Source: Candidatus Bathyarchaeia archaeon
GTDB lineage: Archaea > Thermoproteota > Bathyarchaeia > 40CM-2-53-6
Assembly (NCBI GenBank): GCA_050013255.1
Contig: JBEKFP010000002.1
Coordinates: forward strand, 256,001-320,000
Length of the DNA stretch: 64,000 nt
Direction: 5' to 3'
The position numbers and the translations under genes were made by a program. The notes under the pieces were generated by a model. That model was not told the origin of the DNA, did no database searches, and was given only the letters and a program-made list of their open reading frames with translations. This document shows, one piece after another, positions 9,654 to 21,616 of the stretch. Position 1 is the first letter of the stretch. Each line of letters starts with the position of its first letter.

Positions 9654-10436
9654 GTGGTTACCTTCTCCATCTTTAGGAAAGTTGAGGACAAGCTTCACCC
9701 CGTGCCACTAAAGGAACGCATTGAGCACGCATCTTTCAGACTCCGTGCGCAACTTGAAAAACTGGAGCACATGTACGCTCGTCTTCACCAACGTGACACT
9801 GACCTCTTTCAACGCTGCGTAGGCGCACAGGTCTCGAACGACCTGGGACATGCGAGGATCTACGCCAACGAATGCGCCGAAATAAGAAAAATCGCTCAAG
9901 TCGTCTTGGGCAGTCAACTTGCCCTGGAAAAGGTAATCCTCAGGCTCGAAACCGTCGAAGAATTCGGTACGATCATGTCGCAGATCGCCCCTGTCATGGG
10001 CATAGTTAAGGAAACAAAATCGAAAATTGCTGGCATCGTTCCCCAAGTCGCTAGCGAACTTGAAGAAGTCAACAACATGTTGGGGGACCTAACCTACGAA
10101 ACCGGCGAAGTCACGGCAAACACCCTCCCCATAGAAACAACGGACGGAGAGGCAAGAAAAGTGCTCGAGGAGACTGGGCTGATCGCAGAACAGAAGTTGC
10201 ATGAACACTTCCCAGACCTTCCAACCTTAGAAACCACTCAAGTTGCAGTCCCCGAACCCGCAATCTCAATCCCGGACATGGAGGCGGACATCGACGAGCA
10301 AGTCTACGAGTACGCAAGAAAACATGATGGCGAGATGAGTGTGGAGTCATGCGCGCAAGAGCTCCACGCCTCACCGGTCCAAGTGAAAACCGCCATTCAT
10401 AGACTACGGGAAAACGGAAAGGTCGTAATCGAATAA
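9654..10436 (+). CDS. cdvB: ESCRT-III protein CdvB with C-terminal winged-helix domain
   Basis: Snf7 core (YANECAEIRK), FPDLP motif, C-terminal wH (VYEYARKHDGEMSVESCAQEL). Confidence 0.9.
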   Translation: MVTFSIFRKVEDKLHPVPLKERIEHASFRLRAQLEKLEHMYARLHQRDTDLFQRCVGAQVSNDLGHARIYANECAEIRKIAQVVLGSQLALEKVILRLETVEEFGTIMSQIAPVMGIVKETKSKIAGIVPQVASELEEVNNMLGDLTYETGEVTANTLPIETTDGEARKVLEETGLIAEQKLHEHFPDLPTLETTQVAVPEPAISIPDMEADIDEQVYEYARKHDGEMSVESCAQELHASPVQVKTAIHRLRENGKVVIE

Positions 10437-10458
10437 TCAGGACTAGTGTGAGTGATTA

Positions 10459-11598
10459 TTGATGCAGCTTTCGGGTTCTGAACAACTCGAACAGATGGCA
10501 GCGAGATTCGCAAATGAAGCCGTTCAGTTTGATAAGCAAGGCGCAAAATCGAACGCAATCTCAAGGTACGAACGGACAGCTGAGATACTTCTGAAGCTCT
10601 GCACTCTCTACCCCGAAGCCCCCCAAACCCGCCTCTACATGCAACAGGTGGAAAATTGCAAACGCAGGGTTAAGGAGCTCAAGGATGAGAATGGGCACTT
10701 AGATGAGCGCCCTAGCCTAGCACAATCTACTAAGCTTCAGCAGCTCGTATTGGCAGAGAAACCAAACATCAAGTGGGGCGAGATAGCTAACCTCCACGAC
10801 GCCAAGAAAGCTATCGAAGAATCCATAGTCTTTCCAGTGAAGCGCCCAGACCTTTTCCCATTAGGTTGGCCCAGAGGAATATTGTTTTTCGGCCCACCGG
10901 GCTGCGGGAAAACTCTTCTTGCCGCCGCAATTGCGACCGAAATTGATGCAGTATTCTACAGCGTTGATGCCGCTTCGATCATGTCGAAGTGGCTTGGTGA
11001 ATCTGAAAAGAATGTTGCTGAACTCTTTGGTTCGGCTCACAAAGCATCTAAAGAAGGCCACCCCGTCATAATTTTCGTTGATGAAGTGGACTCGCTGGTT
11101 GGAATTCGTGGAGACGAAGTAGGTGGCGAGGTAAGAACCCGCAACCAATTTCTCAAGGAAATGGACAACATCTTGGATAAGAAACGCCAAAGCCATGTTT
11201 ACGTCATTGGAGCGACCAACAAGCCTTGGGCAATAGATGAGCCATTCATCCGTAGGTTCCAGAAGAGAATCTATGTTCCACTCCCGAACTCTGAATCTAG
11301 ACGAGAATTGTTCGGCATTTACGCGAAGGATCTTCGGCTGGACCATGACATAGACCGAGAGGTCCTAATTCAGAAGACGGAAGGCTACTCTGGGAGCGAT
11401 TTTCGGGACATATTCCAAGGGGCCCAAACGAGGGTTGTGCGTGAATTATTCGAGGGCAACACGCTGAAGGCTCAAGGTCAAGCGCGACCCATCACGATGG
11501 ATGATTTCAGAGAGATTTTGAGAAAACGGAAACCAAGCGTTTCACTCCAAATGTTGGGCCTTTACGATAAGTGGTTCGAAACATACAAAGCACTTTGA
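10459..11598 (+). CDS. cdvC: Vps4-like AAA ATPase CdvC
   Basis: N-terminal MIT domain, Walker A GPPGCGKT, SKWLGESEK, Walker B IFVDE, GATNKPW, RRFQKRIY. Confidence 0.95.
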   Translation: MMQLSGSEQLEQMAARFANEAVQFDKQGAKSNAISRYERTAEILLKLCTLYPEAPQTRLYMQQVENCKRRVKELKDENGHLDERPSLAQSTKLQQLVLAEKPNIKWGEIANLHDAKKAIEESIVFPVKRPDLFPLGWPRGILFFGPPGCGKTLLAAAIATEIDAVFYSVDAASIMSKWLGESEKNVAELFGSAHKASKEGHPVIIFVDEVDSLVGIRGDEVGGEVRTRNQFLKEMDNILDKKRQSHVYVIGATNKPWAIDEPFIRRFQKRIYVPLPNSESRRELFGIYAKDLRLDHDIDREVLIQKTEGYSGSDFRDIFQGAQTRVVRELFEGNTLKAQGQARPITMDDFREILRKRKPSVSLQMLGLYDKWFETYKAL

Positions 11599-11610
11599 GG
11601 TAAGAATGAA

Positions 11611-12129
11611 ATGATTGATGCAGTAGACTACAAGATCCTGGCGGAACTTGTCGAAAACGCGAAGTACTCCTTTGCAGAGATCGGGCGCAAACTGAGTCTT
11701 CATCCAAATGTCGTCGCCTACCGTGTAAACAAGTTGGAGAAGAACGGAGTAATCAAGGACTATACAGCAGACCTAGATCTGGAGAAACTTGGAGTAGCGG
11801 AACAAATCTTAGTTGGCGCCAGCTTCCCGAGAGACACCGAAAGGGATTCAATTATTGAGAAAATTGCGGCAATCCCCCAAACGGTGAAAGTGGTGAGCTC
11901 ACTGGGCGAACCTGAAGGGCTTGTTTTCTTGGTGGGTAAGAACAAGTCGGAAATCGAGAAGTTGATGACGAAACTGAGATCCCTCAATGTCAAGATCGAA
12001 TACACCGGATCAATAATCCGAACTCTTGAAGAAGGCAGGCTCGGCAATTTCCTGAAGATCTTGGCCAACGAACGCGAAACAGCAGCGAACCAAAGCGACG
12101 GGAATGGAACACTCACAAAGGGGGGATAG
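11611..12129 (+). CDS. Lrp/AsnC family transcriptional regulator
   Basis: DAVDYKILAELVENAKYSFAEIGRKL...LEKNGVIKDYT HTH. Confidence 0.9.
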   Translation: MIDAVDYKILAELVENAKYSFAEIGRKLSLHPNVVAYRVNKLEKNGVIKDYTADLDLEKLGVAEQILVGASFPRDTERDSIIEKIAAIPQTVKVVSSLGEPEGLVFLVGKNKSEIEKLMTKLRSLNVKIEYTGSIIRTLEEGRLGNFLKILANERETAANQSDGNGTLTKGG

Positions 12130-12134
12130 ATAGT

Positions 12135-12740
12135 ATGTTCAAAGAAAGAACTCCGTGGAGTAAGAAGCTCAAGGAAGCAATTCACCCAACTCCAATGAAG
12201 CAGCGCATCAGCGAATGCCTATTCAAACTAAAGATCCAGCAACGAAAACTCGAGAGAACCTCATACCATATGCAGGAACGCGACCAAGCACTCTATGGGA
12301 AATGCGTTTTGGCAGTTCAGGGGAAGAACACTGAACTCGCGTCAATCTACGCCAACGAATGCGCCGAACTCAGAAAGATGGCGAAAGTCATCTTACACAG
12401 TGAACTAGCACTTGAACAAGTTACATTAAGATTGGAAGCAGTGAACGAATTCGGCCAACTAGCCGCCACAATGATGCCGATTGCAGGCGTTGTAAGAACA
12501 CTGAAGTCGCAACTGGAAGGCGTGATGCCTGAGGTCTCATTAGAACTCTCCAGCGTAAACGAGACACTTGAAGAACTGAGCATGGAAGTTGGAGAAACTA
12601 GTGAGAACACTTTCGATATTTCGTCATCCAGTGGAGAGTCGCAGAAAATCCTTCAGGAAGCCAACCTCGTAGCCGAACAGAAGATGAAGGAGCGCTTCCC
12701 AGAGCTGCCACCCATTCCAACCAGTGAAGCTCGGATGTAA
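12135..12740 (+). CDS. cdvB: ESCRT-III/Snf7 family protein, third CdvB paralogue
   Basis: Snf7 core (YANECAELRKMAK), C-terminal MIM2-like FPELPPIP. Confidence 0.9.
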   Translation: MFKERTPWSKKLKEAIHPTPMKQRISECLFKLKIQQRKLERTSYHMQERDQALYGKCVLAVQGKNTELASIYANECAELRKMAKVILHSELALEQVTLRLEAVNEFGQLAATMMPIAGVVRTLKSQLEGVMPEVSLELSSVNETLEELSMEVGETSENTFDISSSSGESQKILQEANLVAEQKMKERFPELPPIPTSEARM

Positions 12741-12748
12741 CCGGGCTT

Positions 12749-12781
12749 CGTCCCCTTCCTTTTTCAATCCCCTCTCCTCTT
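12749..12781 (+). terminator. Pyrimidine-rich/oligo-T terminator after the cdv cluster
   Basis: TCCCCTTCCTTTTTC...CTCTCCTCT just after the stop codon. Confidence 0.45.
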
Positions 12782-12835
12782 ATCTGCACCATAACGAGGT
12801 GCAGTTGAACGGTCGTCATTAACAAGCTTCTGACA

Positions 12836-13225
12836 TTGAGGTCGTCTGAAAGAAGGCAACTCATCGATATCACGCCTCAAGTGATGAATTTCGTTGAAGA
12901 AGCTGGAATAAAGAATGGAACGTGCATCATCAGTGTACCTCATGCAACTGCCGCTATAGTCGCAAACGAACATGAAAGCGGCCTTATGCAGGACATGCTT
13001 GCCAAGGTCGAGGATGTGTTCCCAAGGTCTTGGAGCTATGGCCACAACGCTATCGACGATAATGCCGACGCCCACTTGGCTGCGGCATTTCTCGGGCATT
13101 CTCGAATGTTCCCAATCGTAGATGGCCGACTCATTAGGGGGACTTGGCAGAACGTCTTTGTGGTCGAACTCGATGGCCCGCGCACGAGACGTGAAGTATG
13201 GTTGCAAATCATAGGCGAGAGTTAA
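12836..13225 (+). CDS. YjbQ/UPF0047 family protein (true start probably ~9 codons upstream)
   Basis: PHATAA, NADAHL, GTWQNVFVVELDGPR motifs. Confidence 0.9.
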   Translation: MRSSERRQLIDITPQVMNFVEEAGIKNGTCIISVPHATAAIVANEHESGLMQDMLAKVEDVFPRSWSYGHNAIDDNADAHLAAAFLGHSRMFPIVDGRLIRGTWQNVFVVELDGPRTRREVWLQIIGES

Positions 13226-13320
13226 TGGCGCATATGGGGGCCTTGTATGTCGTACTCGACTCAAACGAAACCCTCGAATACATGAGGGTGAAGTTTTAGG
13301 CCTCGTAAAGCCTAATAGCG

Positions 13321-16129
<2,809 letters not shown>

Positions 16130-16136
16130 AACAGCC

Positions 16137-17558
16137 CTACTTTTTCTTTTCCTTTCCGTGGACTCCGGGCGTCGTCATCGCGAAGGGGTCCAATATTTCA
16201 TCGAGTTGATGAGCTGAAAGTAAGCCCTTTTCCAACACCACCTCGCGCAATGGGACCCCACGCGCCAGTGCTTCCTTTGCAACTTCAGCTGCTTTCTCAT
16301 AGCCAATGAACGGGTTGAGGGCTAACGCGACCCCCGCGCTTTTCTCAAGCAAAGCTGTACACCTTTCCTCATTCGCTTTAATACCCTTCACGAGCCGCTC
16401 ATTGAATACGCGTACGGCATTCGTTAGGATCATGAGTGACTGTGTTAGGTCGTATGCGATTACGGGCATCATCACGTCCAGTTCTAGCTGGCTCGCTTGG
16501 GCGGCCATCATAATGGTTACGTCTTTCCCAATGACTTCGAAGCAAACCATGTTTAGCATTTCAGCAATACTTGGGTTTATCTTACCTGGCATTATCGAGG
16601 ATCCAGGCTGTACAGCTGGTAGGACTATTTCTCCAATTCCGGTGGCTGGCCCAGAACTCATCAGGCGCAGATCATTAGCGACCTTCGTCAGATCAACGCT
16701 CAATGTGCGGAGGGCAGCCGAGAACGTTACGAAATCGGCCATAGATTGCATCAACGACGCATAGTTGCGTGCAACTCGGAACTTGAAACCCGTGTATTTG
16801 GATAGGTTCTCCACCGCAAGTTTCACGTACCTCGGGTCCGCGTTCAAGCCGGTACCAACGGCCGTCCCCCCCAAGTTGAGTTCCAGCAACTTGTCCCCAG
16901 CATGTTCTACGGTTTGGAGGTCATCTTCCGTAATTTTCGCCCAAGCTGCAAACTCTTGGCCTAGGCGAATTGCACCTGCGTCCTGCAAATGTGTACGGCC
17001 GGATTTCACTATGTGATCGAATTCCTTCGCCTTCTCATCAAAGCCCTGCTTCAGGGAGGCAAGGGCTTCAATGAGTGGCTTAGCCATCAATACGCTCGCT
17101 ACGCGAATGAAAGTTGGATAGGTGTCGTTAGTGGATTGGCCCATGTTAACGTGGTCGTGGGGGCTTACGAGCTTGTAGTCGCCCTTTCGGCCGCCAAGTA
17201 TTTCGATGGCTCTGTTCGCCAGGACTTCGTTCGCGTTCATGTTGTGGGAAGTCCCTGCACCAGCTTGAAAAACATCTACGACAAAATTGTCTTGAAGAGC
17301 ACCGTTAAGGATTTCATCAGCTGCGGAAACAATTGCCTGCCCCACTCTCTTATCCAAAAAACCCAGTGAGAGATTCGCATCGGCCGCAGCTTTCTTGACT
17401 AGAACCGTTGCCTTAATGAATTCTGGCAGCGGCCTTATACCACTGATTGGGAAGTTCTCAACAGCCCTTGCAGTCTCCGGGCCGTAGTAAGCTTGCAACG
17501 GCACCCGTACAGACCCAAGCGAGTCTCTCTCGACCCTCGCATCATCATTTCTCGACAT
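16137..17558 (-). CDS. aspA: Aspartate ammonia-lyase / class II fumarase family
   Basis: GAGTSHNMNANEV, QSTND, GRTHLQDA, GSSIMPGKINP; aspartase vs fumarase not resolvable by eye. Confidence 0.85.
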   Translation of the reverse strand: MSRNDDARVERDSLGSVRVPLQAYYGPETARAVENFPISGIRPLPEFIKATVLVKKAAADANLSLGFLDKRVGQAIVSAADEILNGALQDNFVVDVFQAGAGTSHNMNANEVLANRAIEILGGRKGDYKLVSPHDHVNMGQSTNDTYPTFIRVASVLMAKPLIEALASLKQGFDEKAKEFDHIVKSGRTHLQDAGAIRLGQEFAAWAKITEDDLQTVEHAGDKLLELNLGGTAVGTGLNADPRYVKLAVENLSKYTGFKFRVARNYASLMQSMADFVTFSAALRTLSVDLTKVANDLRLMSSGPATGIGEIVLPAVQPGSSIMPGKINPSIAEMLNMVCFEVIGKDVTIMMAAQASQLELDVMMPVIAYDLTQSLMILTNAVRVFNERLVKGIKANEERCTALLEKSAGVALALNPFIGYEKAAEVAKEALARGVPLREVVLEKGLLSAHQLDEILDPFAMTTPGVHGKEKKK

Positions 17559-17874
17559 GAAACGGACGCCAAGCGGACTCTACTGACGCGGCAATAAAGG
17601 CCTTAGGCCCAACATTTGGAATATAGCAAACCAACGGTTCAGGGCCAGTCCAGAAACGCTGACAAGTAGGAATAATAGGCCAAGGTGCAGCTGGGCGAGG
17701 CACTCAAGGCAACGCATCGCAAATTCGAGCAAACACTAAATATGGTAATGCAGCACACCGACTGTCTGTTGAGGCAATGGTACACTTGGAAAGTTCCGGT
17801 GTTTTCCTTCCAGAAGCTTAAACGAACTCCTTCACTAGTCGATATGCGGAATAATTCGCGGGAGCGATTGTGCC

Positions 17875-19320
17875 TTGAGTAAGGAAATTGGCATTACTGT
17901 GAAGAAGGCAGAGGACCTTTCGGAATGGTATACGCAGGTAGTGACCAAGGCTGAACTCGCTGACTATGCCCCCATGAAGGGGTTCATGGTTCTTCGCCCC
18001 TACGGGTACTCGATATGGGAGAAGATCAAAGAGTGGTTGGACCGGAAGCTCAAGGAAGCTGGTCACTCGAACGCTTACTTCCCACTTTTCATTCCGGAGA
18101 GCTACCTCAAGAAAGAGGCAGAGCATTTCAAGGGGTTCACCCCGGAGGTATTCTGGGTAACCGAAGCTGGAGAGAACAAGCTCTCAGAACGGCTCGCGGT
18201 TCGTCCCACATCTGAAACCATCGTCAATGACGCGTATTCAAGGTGGGTTCGAAGCTGGCGAGACCTGCCGCTGTTGATCAACCTCTGGAACTCGGTACTG
18301 AGGTCCGAAATCACCGCGACTCGACCCTTCATCAGGACCTCGGAATATCTGTGGCAGGAAGGCCACACCGTACACGCCACGAAGGAAGATGCCGACAAAG
18401 AGGTAATGATGATACTGGAATTCTATCGTCAACTCGTGGAGGATCAGATGGCGGCCCCGGTACTAACTGGCTACAAAAGCGAGAAAGAGAAATTCGTCGG
18501 GGCCCTCTACACGACAACTCTTGAAGCAATGATGCCGGATGGGAAAGCAATGCAGATGGGAACATCACACAATCTTGGACAGAATTTCTCCAAACCTTTT
18601 CAAATCAAATACCTGGGGCAGGATGAACAGACGCACTTCGCCTGGACAACTTCGTGGGGCGTTTCCTGGCGACTGATTGGCGCTATGATCATGCTTCACA
18701 GCGACGATAAGGGATTGGTCGTCCCGCCTCGAATCGCTCCGATTCAGGCTGTCATCGTTCCGATATACTACAAGACTGAGCGGAGCGAAGCCGTCGCGGA
18801 AAAGGTTCGAACCACCGCCGAGAAGTTATCTAAAGCCGGGCTAGCTGTGCATGTGGACTCCCGTGAGCAATACACCCCTGGGTGGAAGTTCAACGAATGG
18901 GAGCTCAAGGGGGTCCCCCTTCGGGTAGAAATCGGACCGAAAGACGTTGAAAAGAATCAAGTTACATTGGTTCGGCGTGACAACTCACAGAAACTCGCGG
19001 TCAAAGATGACGCCATTGTTGATGAAGTTCAGAGATGCCTGGACGAGATACAGAAGTCTCTGTACTCTAAAGCGAAATCAGCCCTCAACGATTCAATAAG
19101 CCAGGCAACCGACTATGGCCAATTCAAGAAGAACCTAAATGACCGCGGCGGGTTCGTAAGGGCCTGTTGGTGTGGGCGAAGTGAATGCGAGGAGGCCATA
19201 AAGAATGAAACAGGAGCAACTATTCGCACAATCCCTCTCACGGACGAAAAACTATTCTCAAGCTGCATATATTGTGCAAACACTGCGGCGAAGGTAACAT
19301 ACTTCGCCAAATCCTACTAG
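17875..19320 (+). CDS. proS: Prolyl-tRNA synthetase (archaeal/eukaryotic type)
   Basis: RPTSET, WQEGHT, GTSHNLGQNF, C-terminal Zn-binding domain ending FAKSY. Confidence 0.96.
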   Translation: MSKEIGITVKKAEDLSEWYTQVVTKAELADYAPMKGFMVLRPYGYSIWEKIKEWLDRKLKEAGHSNAYFPLFIPESYLKKEAEHFKGFTPEVFWVTEAGENKLSERLAVRPTSETIVNDAYSRWVRSWRDLPLLINLWNSVLRSEITATRPFIRTSEYLWQEGHTVHATKEDADKEVMMILEFYRQLVEDQMAAPVLTGYKSEKEKFVGALYTTTLEAMMPDGKAMQMGTSHNLGQNFSKPFQIKYLGQDEQTHFAWTTSWGVSWRLIGAMIMLHSDDKGLVVPPRIAPIQAVIVPIYYKTERSEAVAEKVRTTAEKLSKAGLAVHVDSREQYTPGWKFNEWELKGVPLRVEIGPKDVEKNQVTLVRRDNSQKLAVKDDAIVDEVQRCLDEIQKSLYSKAKSALNDSISQATDYGQFKKNLNDRGGFVRACWCGRSECEEAIKNETGATIRTIPLTDEKLFSSCIYCANTAAKVTYFAKSY

Positions 19321-19395
19321 CCGCTCTAATACGCGCCTAGAGCTCATAACAACGTTTAAGCGCCGCACAAGCGGGTTTACGGTGGCGGATAAGAT

Positions 19396-19671
19396 TTGAC
19401 GAAGAAGAGAAAGTCCCGCGGACGAAGCAAGGGAGGAAAAGGGCGGAGCGAGATGATCCAGTGCAACCACTGCGGTAGGCCAGTTCCAAGAGACAAGGCC
19501 AAACGTGACACTCAATGGATCTCGTTGGTGGACGCGTCGCTTGCACGTGAACTTCGCTCCAAGGGAACGTACATCGCACGTCAGCGCGTGGTCAAGTTCT
19601 ATTGTGTCTCCTGCGCGGTACACTTCGGACTTTCGAAGGTAAGATCTAGGGACGAAAGACACTTTTACTAA
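19396..19671 (+). CDS. rps26e: 30S ribosomal protein S26e
   Basis: KKRKSRGR, CNHCGRPVPRDKA, YCVSCAVH. Confidence 0.95.
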   Translation: MTKKRKSRGRSKGGKGRSEMIQCNHCGRPVPRDKAKRDTQWISLVDASLARELRSKGTYIARQRVVKFYCVSCAVHFGLSKVRSRDERHFY

Positions 19672-19748
19672 TTCGAGGAAGATGCTAGAATCAGCCGACG
19701 GTTATCCTATAAGGTGCTAGTACCGAAGTCAAGTCTTCAGAATCGAAT

Positions 19749-20042
19749 TTGTCGAACGCGGTGCGGCGTGTAATCTGGTGGGTCTTCGCCGGGAATAGGG
19801 GCGCCCCAAACCGCGCCCGTCTAGTCGTCTGCCTAAAGGAGAAGCCTATGAATGCGAACCAGCTGGCACAAAAGCTAGGGATGGATTACAAAACAATCCG
19901 CCACCACTTAGGAGCCTTAGCTAAGAATCGGCTTGTAATAGAAGCGGGGGAGGGCTACGGGGCTATGTATTTCATCTCACCCGAACTCGAACAGAACTAC
20001 GATGAGTTCCTTGGGATTTTGGAGAAAATCAGGCAACAATAA
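19749..20042 (+). CDS. ArsR-like winged-HTH protein
   Basis: WWVFAGNRGAPNRAR...NANQLAQKLGMDYKTIRHHL. Confidence 0.85.
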   Translation: MSNAVRRVIWWVFAGNRGAPNRARLVVCLKEKPMNANQLAQKLGMDYKTIRHHLGALAKNRLVIEAGEGYGAMYFISPELEQNYDEFLGILEKIRQQ

Positions 20043-20082
20043 TTGGAAGCCATCGATTCCTTCAGGTAGGCTTTGATTCGGG

Positions 20083-20358
20083 ATGATGTCGGGTCTCAAA
20101 GAGTATAGGCAAGGAACGTTCCATAAACGAGTAGCGTATGGCCTTAGGGACCGGAAGCTCATGCTCGTCGCAAGGGGAATTCTGAAGGGTTTCAAGGTTC
20201 GGTGCAGAACTGAGAACGCGGCCAACAACCTGGCTTACTCACTACGAATTAGGGCGACGCGAATCGGAGAGGAAGATTACGCCAGGTTCGGCATGAAGGT
20301 CAGGGTGGAGGGCAGCAAAGTCTTCGTCCTCGGAACCCCCAAACACAGGACACGCTAA
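20083..20358 (+). CDS. Hypothetical basic protein
   Basis: 91-aa ORF filling the gap, collinear with neighbours. Confidence 0.55.
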   Translation: MMSGLKEYRQGTFHKRVAYGLRDRKLMLVARGILKGFKVRCRTENAANNLAYSLRIRATRIGEEDYARFGMKVRVEGSKVFVLGTPKHRTR

Positions 20359-20428
20359 CCCTCCATGAAGTTTCGGCAGACATGAAAACTGTTAAATGCT
20401 TTCCGCGAGTTGCTTACTTTGACCCACA

Positions 20429-20728
20429 ATGAAGTTCATGATAGAATTCAATCCGCCTGTTGATTTCAAGAACGAATTCGAGAACCGTCCCGATATGCAG
20501 AAGAAGGTTGGAGCAGCAATGCAAGCCATCAAACCTGTCGCGGGCTGGTTCACATACCGCTACGGCTTCATAATAGTCGAAGCCAACACCACAGAGGAGC
20601 TTACCCGAAAAGTTGCGCCAATTCTCCATCTCTTCAAGGTAGACGCCAAGGTCTCACCCGCGATCCCACTAGAGGAGTTTCCAAAGCTCGTTGCAACCCT
20701 TGGGGAAGAAGCAAAGAAGTACGAGTAA
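20429..20728 (+). CDS. Small ferredoxin-like-fold hypothetical protein (DUF3303/GYD-like)
   Basis: MKFMIEF...GFIIVEA...KVSPAI pattern. Confidence 0.6.
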   Translation: MKFMIEFNPPVDFKNEFENRPDMQKKVGAAMQAIKPVAGWFTYRYGFIIVEANTTEELTRKVAPILHLFKVDAKVSPAIPLEEFPKLVATLGEEAKKYE

Positions 20729-20856
20729 CCCCTCGAACCGTCTGCTGGTCTCTTCGGGACAGCGTGAGCCGACCGCTGGCGTAGAGACGGCTGGCCATTG
20801 AACTTGACCGAAATTCATAAACCACTAACCACACCTCATGTTAGTTGGCGTGATTC

Positions 20857-21048
20857 TTGCCTGGCAATCTATGGTTGAGCGATTACGAGGCACGAGAGGA
20901 CACGTGCCCCTTCCTTCAGAAGGTTTGCTTAGAGTGCGAATTCGCCGAACGCCTCGCACTCACCGGCGTGCCCGTCGACTGCAAACGAGGCCACATTGAG
21001 AAAGTCAAATCGCTCTGGTACTATATGTTCAAGGGATACAAGCGATAA
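20857..21048 (+). CDS. Small Cys-containing hypothetical protein
   Basis: 63 aa with CPF...CLEC...CKRGH. Confidence 0.5.
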   Translation: MPGNLWLSDYEAREDTCPFLQKVCLECEFAERLALTGVPVDCKRGHIEKVKSLWYYMFKGYKR

Positions 21049-21375
21049 AAGCGACCGTCTTCGACATAGGAACGTAGGGCAACGGTACCTCTACGGTTGA
21101 AAGGCAACAAGCTTGCTTTCGGAACTTTTCGGTAGACGGTTGGTAAGGGTCTATCAAACCGAGGGTAGAGAGTAGTTTCGCTTCTGGGGACTAATCGGTC
21201 AAGAGTTGGGATGCCAGGGATTGAACCCATTCGGTAAGTTTGAAGCCTGCTATGGTCTGCGTATTAGTTTTTCGAAAGTTATCACTCAATCCCTGTGCGA
21301 ATCTTAGCTTAGGGTAGCGTTACCGAACGGAGAAAGGCATTTAAACACTAATTGGGTTTCTTTGGCTGAACCAAA

Positions 21376-21570
21376 ATGAGCAGTAAAGTGAAATCGTATC
21401 TTGCAATCCTGATGGGCATAGTAATCATCGTAATGGACATATTCTGGCTAGTCTACCCGGTCAGCGGCTTTTACAGCTACCAAGCATTGCCTTGGCTGGC
21501 CGCAGGCATCGTAATCCTAATCGCCAGCATAGTCTGGATAGTCCTCGACTTCAGCCTCATGGAAAAGTAG
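21376..21570 (+). CDS. Small two-TM membrane protein
   Basis: Two hydrophobic helices; TTTAAA TATA-like element ~30 nt upstream. Confidence 0.65.
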   Translation: MSSKVKSYLAILMGIVIIVMDIFWLVYPVSGFYSYQALPWLAAGIVILIASIVWIVLDFSLMEK

Positions 21571-21616
21571 CCGCCCGTCATCCTAGAAGGAAGCGCTGCC
21601 CCGAGCGGGCATCAAC

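Noticed and set aside
21204-21230. GGGATGCCAGGGATTGAACCC as a tRNA 3' remnant
   Set aside because: Too degenerate: no intact T-stem or CCA
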